This document shows positions 1 to 14,356 of a stretch of 64,000 nucleotides of DNA, one piece after another; positions within the stretch are counted from its first letter, which is position 1, and every line of letters begins with the position of its first letter. The notes beneath the pieces were generated by a model. It did not search any database. It had not been told where the DNA came from and saw only the letters and a list, made by a program, of their open reading frames with translations. Source of the stretch: Anolis carolinensis (taxonomy: Eukaryota); contig NC_085841.1 in NCBI RefSeq assembly GCF_035594765.1, positions 259,934,525-259,998,524 on the forward strand, read 5' to 3'. The position numbers and the translations under genes are program-made.

Positions 1-773
1 TTCTATTATGGTTCTATTTTCATTTATTTTTCTAGTACATAATTTCTCATTAGGTATGTGGTATTCTCCTTGGACAGCATGTGACTTTTATGTTATATTA
101 ATTCTGGATGATATTTTAGGATCCTGAAAATAACTGGTCTTACTAGATTGCTGTTCTACAATCATCTATCAATTATTGTTGTGAACCATCAGATAGTTGT
201 CCTTTATCTTACAAAGCTAAAGAAAGGGGCCACCACCATCAGTAGTACCTCACTTTTCTCTCTGGATTGAGACCTAAAGTGATTTACAATCTTAAAAACA
301 ATACAAATTAAAACCTACAAAATATAATTATGAAACCAAGTTAGTTAAAATCACATAAAACAAATAAGTAAAAACTGTTAAAACAAATTGAAACACCATT
401 GTGGTTGAAGTAACCAAAGGATTTGCTCAAGTATAAGGTCCCACATCTGTGCAAATGAAATAGCTCAATATTTTGGGCATTTGCTGTTGTTAATCTGTTG
501 AGGAAAATAATAGACATGAGGCATCTAACAGCCATAACAAATGTATTGGCCCATATACTATGGGCTGTAATCCATTGAAGCTCATGCTATATTAAATGTA
601 TCAGGTAAAAATAGGGGATCCTTAAGAACTAGTTGCAAGTGTTTGTAACAGCCTGACATCCTTTAAAATCTTTCAGATACATATCCTTTTGTAGTGTCCA
701 TTATAATTGCAGACTCTTTTGTTTGATATTTATATTATAAATGAAACTAGCAGTCAGGTATGATTGTAAATAA

Positions 774-2116
<1,343 letters not shown>

Positions 2117-2672
2117 AGGACTTTGCACTGGCTAAGGGAATATCTTGTGCTGTTCCTGAAAGTGGCAGTGCCTGACCACTGACTCTGTACTGAATTCTAT
2201 TAAAAGGGGGGCTAGGGGAGGAGGGGGAAGAACTACTTTTCTGATGCTTGTACAGAGGACTAAGTGGCCTTTGCTGTATAACCCTTTGGTGCTTGGAGTC
2301 GGGAATTCCCTCTTAAGCACTAGCATTTTTATTAGTGCTTTCCCATCCTGTTGTCACCAAAGGGGGGAGCTGAGGACTCCATAACAGTGGATTAATCAGT
2401 CTTGGTGTGATGTTGCAGTGGAGGATGCTGGGGGGACTATGTGCTAAGGGGTGGAGGGCATTGGTTCAGCAGTGGGAGGGCAGCAAGTCTTCCATTTTGC
2501 ATTAATTGTGCAGGAAAGAAAGGCCACCATTGACAGATATGGGGGAGGAGAGTGTGACCTTCCCCCTGCCAGCCCAAAGGCAGCATAACTGAGAAGACAT
2601 GCTTCTTTCCCCTTGCCTCCCCCCCTCCATTTTTTCAGTAGAAGCTGCTCAATCCCATCAATGTTTTCCAAG

Positions 2673-2678
2673 AATAAA
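2673..2678 (+). terminator. Candidate PSMD13 polyadenylation signal AATAAA (second at 2782-2787)
   Basis: AATAAA about 560 nt after the stop, followed by T/GT-rich sequence. Confidence 0.6.
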
Positions 2679-4934
2679 GTCATACATTTAATGGATTTGT
2701 TTTTATATTATACTTGGGTTTGCTCTTGTCTTTTATGAACATTTAACCAGAAGTGTGATGCAGGGGAAAAAAAACTGCTGGAATAAACGTCTGCCTTCCC
2801 TCTTGTGCGTTTCTATTTTTGTGCTTTTACAATGAGCTGAACTCAGCAGCATTCCTGTTTATAATATATTATTTTTACTCTTTGGAGGTCAACAGGAAAA
2901 GCCAATTTGTCTTCTGATAAAAATTGTCTTCTATTTTAGTAAGTTGTTAGGATATAGTGACCTTTTTATTTTAAAAGGTGTAGTGGGTATACTTTGGAGA
3001 TCACACATCTGTTTTGACTACACAGCAGTTAGTAAAATAAGCACTTATTTTCAGATCAGATGTTCTTCCAATGGGTGTGGGTTAGAATTATACATAATAT
3101 GCTTAAAATCATTTTCTTAGTGTGATATAAACATTCCTAAATCCATTTTGAATTGGGTTCATATTAACTGTGATGGTCATGATGTAGATTACATCTTCAA
3201 ACATTACTAAGAATTATAAAAATCAGCAATTGAGTTTACATCTCTTTGTCATTGCTCATTTGCCAAGAAGGAAAACAGATTAACTAAACACTGATCCATT
3301 ATTCAAGCAAATAAGCTGTAATTTCAATGCAGTAGTATGGAGAAGTACAAAACCACTAGCCAATTATTTTGGGTTATCATCAGTTGACATATAGGTTTGT
3401 AACCTTAATAAGAACTAAATGTTTCTCAGCAGTGTTAGATGTGTAGCCTTTTTTTCTAGAGGCTAGATTTTCATGTGTAGCGAATTTGCAAAGAATTTCT
3501 CACCTACAGTTTCAAGTGGTACAGACTAACTGGAGGCTTCCTTACTTTGTGAGTACTAGGTTCATTTATTACTTGCTGCCTTGATGTTCTCCGAAAAACT
3601 TCTGTTTGAAGAAAGCGTTTCCACCTGGATATTGGGAAAAACTTTCTACAGCCAGAGCTATTGGACAGTAGAATGTGCTGCCTTGGGGGATGGTGGAGTT
3701 TCCCTGGAGACTTTAAGAGGCTGGATTGCCATCTGTCAGGAGTGCTTTGGGTGTTCCTACATGGCAGAATGGAGTTGAACTTGATGGTGCTTGTCCTCTC
3801 ATTCAACTCTATGAATTTTATGCATTTGGGAGCACCGAATGCATTCTGAACGAGTGCCAAGTTGTGACATCTAGGGGACGGTTTACTCATCTACAATCTG
3901 ATCTATCACTATAACATCACTAGGTTACTTCCAGTGGTTTTGGAGTTTCAGAACATGCTAGAAGAGACATCTCGCTTAATTTGGACCAGGATCCAACCAT
4001 TATAATGCCCCAAATAGCTGAATGCTCCCCCCCCCCCCACTAAATGAGCTTGAAATGTCATGGATTGGCTGATCCCAAAAGCAAACAACGTGTTCATCCC
4101 CAACATCTTTTCCTAGAGAGGAATTAATGCTGTACCTTATTGTCACTCATTAAAAAGTTATTCTGAGAGCTTGCTCTCTCACTAGTTCCTCTGTTATAGC
4201 TTTCTTTTTTCCTTGGTTCTTTTCCGTTATAGACAGCTAACCCCATACCAGTTATTAAAGTAATATATTATGTTTTTAACACATCTGGGATATAGGTGCC
4301 CATTTCACTGATTATGTACATATAGAATTTAGCATTTTCAGAATCTTGTTCCATCTTTTATTAAGGTGGACTTTCTACACATCGTCTTAAAAACTAGAAA
4401 GTCCATCTTAATAAAATATGGAAAACAGGAGCTTCTTCCATACAAACTCCAGATGTAGAGAGAGCTTGTGCCTATCTAGGGAAGGTGAAAGATGGATTAC
4501 ATGTGTTCTGCAATGGTTGAGGCAATTTCCTTAGCACACACTGGTCACTCAAGTCACAAATGCATCCCTTTCCCTGCGTATCCATAAAATCAATGCCCTG
4601 CATCAGAATTTTGAAACGGCAAATACAGATAACTGCTTTGTGTTTCCACAATGAAGTAGATGTTATTGAGAATGTGTATAGAGAACTGAATAGGTTAAAC
4701 TGGCTTTTCCGTATATGTTTTTTAAAATACAGCACTAACAGATCCAGCACATCTTTCCAGCGTTAGTGTACTTTTTTCTCTTTTCAAAGAAAAAACATTT
4801 GGCCCCAGTGATTTTTAACTATTTTTAATCATGAAAATCTCCAGAGACAGCTTTGTGTGAAACAGGATACAATTTTCTTTTTGATACTGCCTTCTTTGTA
4901 ATTATACTTATAGCAGAAGCCTTTTGCTTGCCCT

Positions 4935-7900
4935 TCATTCCCTGGAATGGTTCTTGTAGTCCTCCAGATGGCTCAAAACCCAGCCTGATGGGATCAAGAA
5001 AGCTGCAAACATCACACTCAGTGCTATAACTTGCTCCTGCAAATAAAATAAAAAGATACGATTGATATCTGTAGCAGGTTGCTTTGGGTAATCTTGGGTT
5101 CATGACAATTTATAAATGGACAGAAACAGGACTACTATATAATGTTGGATTTCCACTCCCAGCAGCCCCAGCTAAGATGGCAGCGGTAATGCATAACAGT
5201 ATGGCTAATCTATCAATCCCCGGAGGCCTGCAGTTACTCTACCCTTTCCCTAACAAGTTGTGTGTTTTCAGACCAGGGAATAGGAGTTGAAGTTAGACCT
5301 GGAGTTAAGAGATGAACGTTCTGTTATCCAGTGGGATATGAAATTCACTGTGACATTGAGACACACTGATCTATGCCATTAGGCTTGTGAAAATTAAATG
5401 TTGCTTTGAGTTCACTGGAGAAAACAGTATGTAAATGAAGCAAGTAACCTGTTAATGATAAGGAAAGCATGTGCCATATATATTGTTGGCCATACTATAG
5501 TTTGCCACCTTTTCCACTGAGGAGTGAAGTCTTCATACTGCAATACATACAGAGTTGTCATCGTGATTTGAAAAGGTTCTCAGTTGTTTCAATAGTAGAA
5601 GCACTAGGTGCCAGAAAACCTAAAGATTGTTCAAAGCACTGCTTATTAAGCCATGAGTCCTGACCCCAGATGGAGTTCCCTTAGCTCAATGTTGGGGTCA
5701 CAAAAAATTGTCAGCAGTAAATGGTTTCTGAATACCATTCATGTACACAAATCAGTTAGCAACAACATGCAGGAGTTACCAGGGACTCTGCAGAAAATGT
5801 TGCAGATGTACCCCACAAAATGGAAAATCAACCTATTTAGCAAGCTTTGCAAAGTCCAAACGTTTGATTTTTATGCATATTTTATATACCTGTATACCTG
5901 GGATCACGTAAAACTTTCCTGAGTGGAAAGGTGTCCTGAGTGGAAAAAGTTAAAGAAGCCCTGGTTTAAAGGAACCCTGAGTCCCCTCGGGTGAGAAAGG
6001 TGGGGTATAAATGCTGGAAATAAATAAATTCTGTAAATTTCTGTTTTAACAACAGCCTCTCGGAAAGAACCTAGCTTGTATCACCAACAAATGTCACATA
6101 CATTCATACACAAGTTGTTTGAATAACTGTTTTGATATACAGAATACATATGGCCACTGTGACACAACCACATTTGATACTGACTTGAAGATAGATCATG
6201 CATATGCTGGTGAGAATGAAACAGTTCTTGATTTATGTACTTTTCCTACTTAAAGGATGGAGGTGATTTTCACCCTTTAATTTCCCTCTCACAACTAAAC
6301 TGTGCCAAAATTCACTTGATCAAGGAATGAAGAAAAAAAATCTTCCTCAGAAATTGATGTTTTCTCAAAACACGGCATGGTGCAAAATATTAATTTCAGC
6401 CAGGAAATTAATATGTACATTACAATAACTGAAAATCAGAAATAATTTCAACAACAGTTTTATAAGACTTGCATACACTGAAGTACTCAAATTGTATGTT
6501 CCACTCTAAAACGTCTAGTGTTTAAAAGGCTTATATGTATGAGCAGTGTTTTTTTGAATGAAGGCAATGAAACGAAAAGATACCATTTTTAAAGATGAAT
6601 ATTCCTAACTGATTAACTTTCATGCAACCTTTGTTGAAATTCATAATCTTGAAAGTTGCAGAATTATTATGCCTAATGTCTCTCGTCCTAGTAGAGCTCA
6701 TTTGACTTGTGCTTTTCTTTTTAAAAAAACCAAGCATGCCAAACATCAGTGTAAATCTGAATTTCTGTTTCCTGGTACGTGTGGCAGATCTTAGGAACAA
6801 TGGCCCAAACCAGGCACATTGCCAAAATTCCCAATACTCTTCAGCTGTCAACGGTAGGGAAGTGAAATGTTGAATTATACTTGTGAGTAATTTTAACTAG
6901 TATATTTGGTGTTTAAGAAAGAGGAAGTGATCATACTTGTAGTATCTCTCTGTGTGCAACTGTAGTTAGTATGTGCTTGTAGGGAGGAGATTCCATGTAA
7001 TTCTTAAAACTGGGTTCTCTCCCTCCCCACTCTATATTTCCTGGAGTTTTGTGATTGATTACATAGCAACTCAGTCGTTTTAGGGGAAGGCACTTAAAAA
7101 TGCTTCTAGATCAGGGTGGTTCTCCCTTTATGTACACTGGTGTTTCCTTTACTGAAGTGGGGATGCCAGTAGATAATATGCAAACACATTTTGGAGCCCC
7201 CTTCTTTGGAGCTTTTAAACAGGCTGGATGGCCATCTGTCAGGGATGCTTTGAATGTGATTTTCCTGCTTCTTGGCAGGGGATTGGACTGGATGGCCCAC
7301 AAGGTTTCTTCAACTCTATGATTCTATGATTTTTAAGCATCCTTGGTCCCAATATTCTCAGATGTGTTATGGGAAACAGTGGCATAAGGTATGGTTTTAC
7401 ATGTTGAATGAAATATGGAGCTACACTTGCACCAAGTTCCTGCTTTGGCTAACTGGAAATGAGACTGGGGAGAAACCAGTTCTGATACCGTATTTTCTCA
7501 TATCTAATGCACACATTTTGGGGGCTAAATTACCTTGCCAAAATTAGGATGTGCATTACATTTGCGTGATACAGTAAACTTAAGTGTTGAGCCAAAGCAA
7601 AATGGGAAGCTGTTTCAAGAGAGCACCCAGAGCTCCTATTTGAGGGATATCATCTCTAATTTAATGGCAAGGGTTCAATGCTATGCCAGCCTGGGATATG
7701 TAGTTGGCTGCATTCTTTGGCAGAGAATAATAATATCTTATTTATAACCCGCCCTGTCTCCCTGAGGGGACTCAAGGTGGTCTTAAGAAGGCTAAGACCT
7801 TGTAAAACTACACTCTCCATGATTCCATAGCACTGAGTCTATTTATTTATTTATTTATTTGCTGTACTAATACCTCACCTTTTTCACCCCTGAAACTTAC

Positions 7901-10078
7901 AAACTATGGCAATAATTCAGTGCCATTCAGACAACAATATCAGTAAAACACATTATAAAACTGTAAAAAATATACATATCAATTAAAATTGTCTTTCAAA
8001 TGACCCAAATGTATGAACAAATCATACAGCAACTGTAATGCATAGCTTTTTTGGTCAAATTACAAAGTGCACCTTTTGCCACTGCCCATTACATTTGCCA
8101 GTAAAAAATTTTTTTGGGGGGGGGTGGGGTTCAGGATTTTGAAAACCCCCCCCCCCCCATTTGATAGCTAATTAGACTCAAGTAAATACAGTAAATATTT
8201 ATGCTGCAGTTGAATCAAGATTTATATCCAGTCAACTACTACTGCACATTAAAAGAGGAACTAGCTGGACTCACTTAACATTATTGTGGTTTCTATGTAT
8301 TCATAGATGGACAGCACCTTTGGGAACACAATATAGGGGATGAAGGTGCAATGCCCTCACCTTTTGATTTCTGAGGGAGGGCTTATGACACCCTAGATAC
8401 TTAGAAATCAGTTATGTGTTTTGGTTGAATGCCACAGTACATTAAATATACTAATGTCAGCACCACCTTAAAAAAACCAAAACAAGAAGTGGTTGGCTCA
8501 GGGACTCCAACCCTGTCTGTCTGCTTCTCATCAAATTTATTTGCTATCACTGACTCCCCTGCATGTTAGGCATTCAAGTGGCAAGAATGTTTTTTTCAAT
8601 AGGAAGATGTTGTGAAAGGAGAATTAATTTATTCATGTCCCTTAAGAATGTAGTTGTGGAAGATGAAATCCCAAATACAAAGAGGGCCAGTATGGTGTAG
8701 TTGTTCTGAGGATTGAACTAGCACTCAGAAATCATGGTTCAAATCCTCACTCAAGCATTGGGAACTCCCTGGTTATCCTTGGGCAGATAATGTTCTTTCA
8801 GCCTCAGAGGAAGGTAATGGTAAATCTCTAGATAAAGCTTGCTGAGAAAATGTCTAGAAGGAGCCTCTCTATCTTAGATATATCCCAGGGCACTGTAGTG
8901 GTTAAGCATTAAATTACGACTAAAAGATCAGGCTTGGAGTCCCTGCTGAGCCAGGGAAAACCATTGGTTAACCTTAGGGAAGTAACACTCTCTCAGCCTC
9001 AGAGAAATGTAAACCCTCTCTGAACAACTCCCCCCCCCCCTCCCAAGAAAACCCCATGATAGTTTCACTTTTGGGTTGTCACAAGTCAGGAAGGGCACAT
9101 GACAAGTGGAATGTATTGCTAATGTCACCCACCAGCGTCCATTTCAGGAAATAAACAGCTATGATTTCATTTTGCAGTGTCAGCGAGTGAAGTAGACGGC
9201 AAGGTGACCTCTATTCGTTTCTTTCCATTGGTTTCAGTTAACCATTCACAAGTTCTACAAGGACTACCGTCTCTTCTAAGAAAAGTTTCTGCCAGGCCAG
9301 GGTACAATAACACACTCTCCGGGCCAATTTTTAACATTAAGTTCCTCTCTCGAGAGAGAGCTATAAAGTATACAACCTCTGAACTGTTTTAATAGCTTTT
9401 AAAAAAACAACTTATAATGGTATTTTATCTTTTTATTTATTTATTAGGGAAATTTTAATGCCTAATAGGATGAACCCATATTTTAAAAATATACATACAA
9501 ACTTCAAAACCGTAGCTAAACAAGTATTAGAGGTCCAATAATCCTTAAAACATTCCGCATTACTGGACATTAAAAGTTAAAATCAATCTAAAATTCCCCA
9601 TTCTTCTGTAATCATATGTGCCTGGCTGCTTCGAAGAGGAAAGTCTTCACTTCTTTCCTAAATGTCATGAGGGTGGAAGCTGATCTAAGGAAGAGTTCCA
9701 CAACTTAGGAGTCAACCCGAGAATGTACCTTCTGTAGTGATTTTTAAGTGAATGTTGGCCAGGGACAGTGTTAAAATACCTGTTGTTTAAAATTATTTTA
9801 ATACTGTAAACGTTTACTCCTGTTTTGATGTTCACTTTTAGTATGTTTCTGTAAATTTCAGGTCTATTGTAAATTGAGATAAGCTGCTTAATAGGCTATG
9901 TCACCATTTAATTTGAGGTTGTAAGTTTTAATTGCACTGTAGGTGTTTTTGTGATTAGGTCGGGTTGTTATTTCATTTGTATTTGTGGTTGTGTCATGCA
10001 TTGAATGTTTGCCTTTTGTCTATTGGAATCTGCCCTGAGTCCCCTCGGGGAGATAGGGCGGAAAACAAAAGTTTTGTG

Positions 10079-10111
<33 letters not shown>

Positions 10112-11904
10112 TATAATGTGTTTTTATAATATAATAATAATAAAATTTTATTTATAACCCATCCTATCTCCCCGTGGGGGATTCAGGGCAGTTTCCAACA
10201 AAAGACGACAAACATTCAATGCCATAATAAACAATAGAAACAAACGAAATCAAAACAGTAAACAAACATATCAATAAAAACTTATAGTAATTAGCCAAAA
10301 AGGCAAGTAATTAAATAGACGTGGTAGATCTGAATCAGGCATAGGAAAACTTCAGCCCTCCGGGTGTTTTGGACTTCAACTCACACAATTCCTTACATAC
10401 TACTGGCTGTTAGGAATTGTGGGAGTTGAAATCCAAAACACCTGGAGGACCAAAGTTTCCCCATGCCTGTTCTAAATCAATCACACTTACAGCATAATAA
10501 AAATCTAATAAGCTAAAATGCATTAAAATTAATGAATTCTTTACATTAAACCCCCCCCCCCCTTCAATCCCAATTTCAAGAGAAAACTGGAATGCAAATA
10601 GCAGTAACAGCCAAAATAACGGTAGCTGGCAATACCTTTGCTGTCACTGCTGGCCCACTTCAAGTCAGGAAACCCAGGAAAGTGTCTCTGCCCTTGTTCT
10701 CTCTCCCACAAGGTCACCTAAAGCTTTTGCATTTTTTCTAAAAATAACCCCTTTTGAATGAAGGCTCAGTCTACATCAGGCATTGGCAAACTTCGGTCTT
10801 CCCTCCAGGTGTTTTGGATTTCAACTCCCACAAATTCCTAACGGACTTGGCCCAAGGCGATGGAGGCCTGGAATAGGAAGTTAGGTGAGGGCCCTTCCAG
10901 ACAGGCCCTAGGTAGGCAGTTAGGAATTTGTGGGAGTTGAAGTCCAAAACACCTGGAAGGAAGACCGAAGTTTGCCCAGCCTGGTCTACATGGTCGAATA
11001 AACGCTGTTTGATACCACATCAAACTGTCACGGCTCAAGGTGATGAAACCATGGGAGTTGTTGTTTTCGCCTTCTCTCCCAAAGAGTGTTGCTGCCTCAG
11101 GGCCTTTCCAGACAGGCCCTATATCCCAGACTTTCTGTTTATCCCAGATTATCTGACAGTGTGGACACATATAATCCAGTTTAAAGCAGAAGATCTGGGA
11201 TTGTTTTTGTATCGTGTCAGTCAGAAGCGACTTGAGAACATACTGCAAGTCACTTCTGGTGCGAGAGAACTGGCCGTCTACAGAGACCTTCCTCAGGGGA
11301 TGCCTGGGTGTGTTGCAGGGAGGATTCTCTCATGTCCCCGCAAGCTAGAGCTGACAGACGGGAACTCACCCCTGTCTGGCGGATTCGAACCGGCAACCTT
11401 CAGGTCAGCAGTCCAGCTGGCAGAAGACATGGACAAACTTGGGCCCTCCAGGTGTTTTGGACTTCAACTCCCACAATTCCTAACAGCCTACCGGCTGTTA
11501 GGAATTGTGGGAGTTGAAGTCCAAAACACCTGGAGGGCCCAAGTTTGCCCATGCCTGGGTTAGCCCATTGCGGCTCTCCTGGGACTAGAGGCTGGGATAT
11601 CGGGCCTGCCTGGAAGGGCCCTCACCCAACTTCCAATTTCAGGCTTCCATCGCCTTAGGCCGCGGCAGTTACAAGTGGCGCCAAACTGCGTGGACGGACC
11701 CTCTGAGGGAGGCATTCTCTGAGGGAGAAGGGTGACTTCGACTGCAAGCGGGCTTGATTTCCCAGTTCGGCTAAAGAAGGAAGTACTCACGACAGGAGAG
11801 ACGGGGTCTTTGGGCGGCTTGGCTATAATGTTGGCCTTCGGGACGACTTGGAAGCCCCTCGCCGTCGCGCTGAGGAGCCTGGAGGCCTTTTGGAAAACCA
11901 GCAT
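4935..11904 (-). CDS. COX8B: Cytochrome c oxidase subunit 8, 71 aa; exon 1 11904-11791, exon 2 5036-4935
   Basis: Exon 1 [38 protein letters not shown] (basic mitochondrial presequence) ends at gtgagt. Exon 2 starts after ttgcag: [33 protein letters not shown], with the COX8 '[11 protein letters not shown]' signature. The B-type label rests on synteny with PSMD13; it could be annotated COX8A in sauropsids. Confidence 0.92.
7160..7331 (+). mobile_element. CR1 LINE 3' end (other CR1 ends at ~3560-3815, 12248-12320, 21958-22035)
   Basis: ggctggatggccatctgtcaggg...ggactggatggccc...caactctatgattctatgatt tail. Confidence 0.75.
8683..9105 (+). mobile_element. Two adjacent old tRNA-derived SINE copies (~8683-8855, ~8890-9105)
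   Basis: A-box-like tggtgtagt, B-box-like ggttcaaatcc, shared body ccttgggcaag...tctcagcctcagag; related inverted copies near 32250 and 44170. Confidence 0.6.
10337..10469. mobile_element. Palindromic hAT-type MITE (family copies at 10777-10983 and ~11424-11557)
   Basis: caggcat...atgcctg termini and a long internal palindrome. Confidence 0.8.
10777..10983. mobile_element. hAT-type MITE with perfect 8-bp TSD gtctacat and a foreign insert in its centre
   Basis: TSD at 10769-10776 and 10984-10991; inverted arms. Confidence 0.85.
11100..11621. mobile_element. PIF/Harbinger-like MITE containing a nested tRNA-SINE (~11210-11415, -) and a hAT MITE (~11424-11557)
   Basis: 20-bp TIRs gggcctttccagacaggccc / gggcctgcctggaagggccc with 3-bp TSD tca; the SINE has B-box ggttcgaatcc on the - strand. 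Confidence 0.7.
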
Positions 11905-12150
11905 GGTTTCTTTTTTGGAGGGGAACCCGCTTCTGTCAATGCTAAAGGAGAAAAGCGGCTGCCCTTTATGCCCTGTCTGCAGCTGTCGCTGTCTGTCGCC
12001 TGAAGAGAGAGCGAGAGGCTGGGAGGTGGCCTGGCTCCCGCCTCCGCTCCGGACGCCTTTGCAACAAGTGGATCTAGTCCCGTTGGTCGGCTGCTCGCGG
12101 AGAAGCAACAGAGGGAGCTCAGCCTCGTGGGGAGGAGGGCGGGCTCCACA
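11905..12150 (-). promoter_or_regulatory. GC/CpG-rich COX8 promoter/5'UTR with a CATAAA TATA-like element (11970-11965)
   Basis: Local CpG enrichment directly upstream of the ATG; CATAAA about 60 nt upstream. Confidence 0.45.
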
Positions 12151-12551
12151 AGAGAGCGACATTCAATGCTCTAAAAAGGAAGTAGGTGCTTCACCTATGT
12201 GATTTCACTGGAATTAACACTTTTTTCTGTCACAATAGCTACATATTTCCTGTTTCTTGGCAGGGGGTTGGACTGGATGGCCCATGAGGTCTCTTCCAAC
12301 TCTACTATTCTATGATTCTACATATTCAGAAGCTACCAAACTCTCACAAAGTATTTTTATAGAATATATATTTTTATATTCACACCATACACTTATCTTG
12401 TTACATCATGTATTCCCGGATATAAACTCCCCTCACCCCCACCCCAATATTGACATAGTGTTATATACAATACAGCTCTGCCAATTCCATACCACAACTT
12501 ATTGTAGTTATATCATGATTAGATATAATTGCTGTAATGGGTTGTTGTGGA

Positions 12552-12945
12552 CCCATTAAAAAACTCCAAAATCGTTAAATAAGGAGCAACACTCTGAAAA
12601 CAGAATTCCAGACATGAATCAATCAGGGGCAGTTAACGACTCTGAACAAAGGATTCCCCCAGGTCAGGATATGAAGCTTGGAAGGCAATTTAATGCTAAT
12701 TAAGGTGATTAATTACAACATTCACACTTGCCTCTAACAGACGAGTTCTTTCCTCCACCCTGGATCTTCTACAGATATATATATAAACCTTCCTTGCTTA
12801 GTTTCTTCATATATCTCACAACTTCTGAGGATGCCTGCCATAGATGTAGGTGAAACGTCAGGAGAGAATACTTCTGGAACATGGCCATACAGCCCAAAAA
12901 CACACAACAACCCTGTGATTCCAACCATGAAAGTCTTCGACAACA
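12552..12945 (+). mobile_element. Penelope-like retroelement 3'/pLTR fragment
   Basis: Terminus ctgaggatgcctgccatagatgtaggtgaaacgtcaggagagaatacttctggaacatggccatacagccc; inverted homology to the adjacent copy. Confidence 0.8.
12822..12862 (+). ncRNA. Minimal type-I hammerhead ribozyme motif in the Penelope end
   Basis: CUGAGGA core 12825-12831, stem II gcctgc/gtaggt, GAAA 12852-12855, palindromic ACGU, GUC cleavage triplet, short stem I ctt/agg. Confidence 0.6.
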
Positions 12946-12980
12946 CAATTGCTGTAATATATGTTCTAATTGGGTTGATG

Positions 12981-13650
12981 TGAGGTTTCCGGCCGTGTTC
13001 CAGAAACATTCTCTCCTAACTTTCGCTTGCATCTATGGCAGGCATCCTCAGAGGTTGTGAGGTATATCCGAAACTAAGCAAGGGAGGTTTGTATATCTGG
13101 AAGGTCCAGGGTGGGAGAAAACTCTTGTCTGTTGGAGGTCAGTGTGAATGTTCTAACTAATGACCTTGATTAGCATTAATGGCCTCACAAGTTTCATTCC
13201 TGCCTAGGGGAATCCTTTGTTCGGAGGTGTTAGCTGCCCCTGATTGATTCATGTCTGTAATTCCTTTGTTTTCAGGGTTTTGTTCTGTTGCTGTGAAGTC
13301 TGTGGGAAACTAGGCAAGTGAAGTTTATATATCTGTGGAAGGCCCAGGGTGGGAGAAAGAACTCTTGTCTGTTGGAGGCAAGTGTGAATGATGCAATTGG
13401 TCATATTGGTCAGCATTTAATGGCCTTGCAGATTCAAAGCCTGTCTGCTTACTGCCTGGGGGAAGACTTGGTTGGGAGGTGTTAGCTGGCCCTGATTGAT
13501 TCATGTCTGGAATTTCCCTGTCTTCTGAGTGTTGTTCGTTATTTAATTTCCTGATATTAGAGTTTTTTTAAATACTGTTGGCCAGATTTTGTTCATTTTC
13601 ATTTTCCTTTCTGTTGAAATTGTCCACATGCTTGTGGATTTCAATGGCAG
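12981..13650 (-). mobile_element. Penelope-like retroelement 3' fragment, tail-to-tail with the previous copy and internally repeated
   Basis: - strand encodes AIEIHKHVDNFNRK (end of the GIY-YIG endonuclease), followed by two repeats of the 3' region. Confidence 0.8.
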
Positions 13651-14021
13651 CCTGGAAAACTCACAGCAGTCCTTTTGAGTATTTCCCTGTATTTTTTTTC
13701 CAAGTCACTCGCAAAAGCTGAAAGAGGAAAAAAGAGCATTGGTAGCCATATACTGGGGGGAGCTGCCTTTATGATTTGACTCTCACATCTGGAAATGATT
13801 TTGGCTTTGGTATTTAGATTTCGTGTTCTCATCATGTGACTTCATAATTGCATTTCTCATTCCTAGGGTTCCTCTACACCAGTGCAGTAAATGTGTAGCT
13901 TCTTTCCAAAAGGTAAGTCCTTCTGAAAAAAATGTTATAGAAATTGGAAAGAAAATTGCTATAATATGCCCTGGACTCAACTGATATGATACATTTTGAT
14001 AGTTTTGATCTGGACATAATA

Positions 14022-14356
14022 CAGAGTTGCCTCACTACTTTGCGGTTCGCTTTTCGCGGATTCGCTGTTTCGCGGTTTTTCAATAAACTCTAAAAGAATA
14101 TTATAAATAAAAAATTACAATTTACAGCCTAAGGAAGGGAGGAAGGAGAAGCTAAAGGGAGAGGAAAGGAGCCCAAGCGGCAACGGGAAGAGAAGGAGGC
14201 AATTTATCAACATCCGATTGGTTGATAAAGACTTAAAATAGTGTATAACAACTACAATAATGTATAAATATTAAAATAAGTGTCCCTACTTTGTGGATAT
14301 TTTCTTATTGCGGGTGGTCCTGGAACCTAACCCCCTCAATAAGTGAGGGAACACTG
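14022..14356. mobile_element. Tc1/mariner (Tigger-like) non-autonomous element
   Basis: TA-flanked imperfect TIRs cagagttgcctcacta...taagtgagggaacactg. Confidence 0.75.

Noticed and set aside
640-680. cag|cctgac as the preceding PSMD13 exon
   Set aside because: Hits a stop after four codons and does not match the expected sequence.
8683-8760. tRNA gene (A/B boxes; also 11380 and 59373)
   Set aside because: No cloverleaf; the boxes belong to tRNA-derived SINE heads.
10928-11563. 211-aa ORF
   Set aside because: Runs through nested MITE/SINE sequence in the COX8 intron; no protein family signal.
11560-12202. 200-aa and 156-aa ORFs over COX8 exon 1
   Set aside because: Only 11904-11791 is coding; the rest is GC-rich promoter, intron read-through or antisense.
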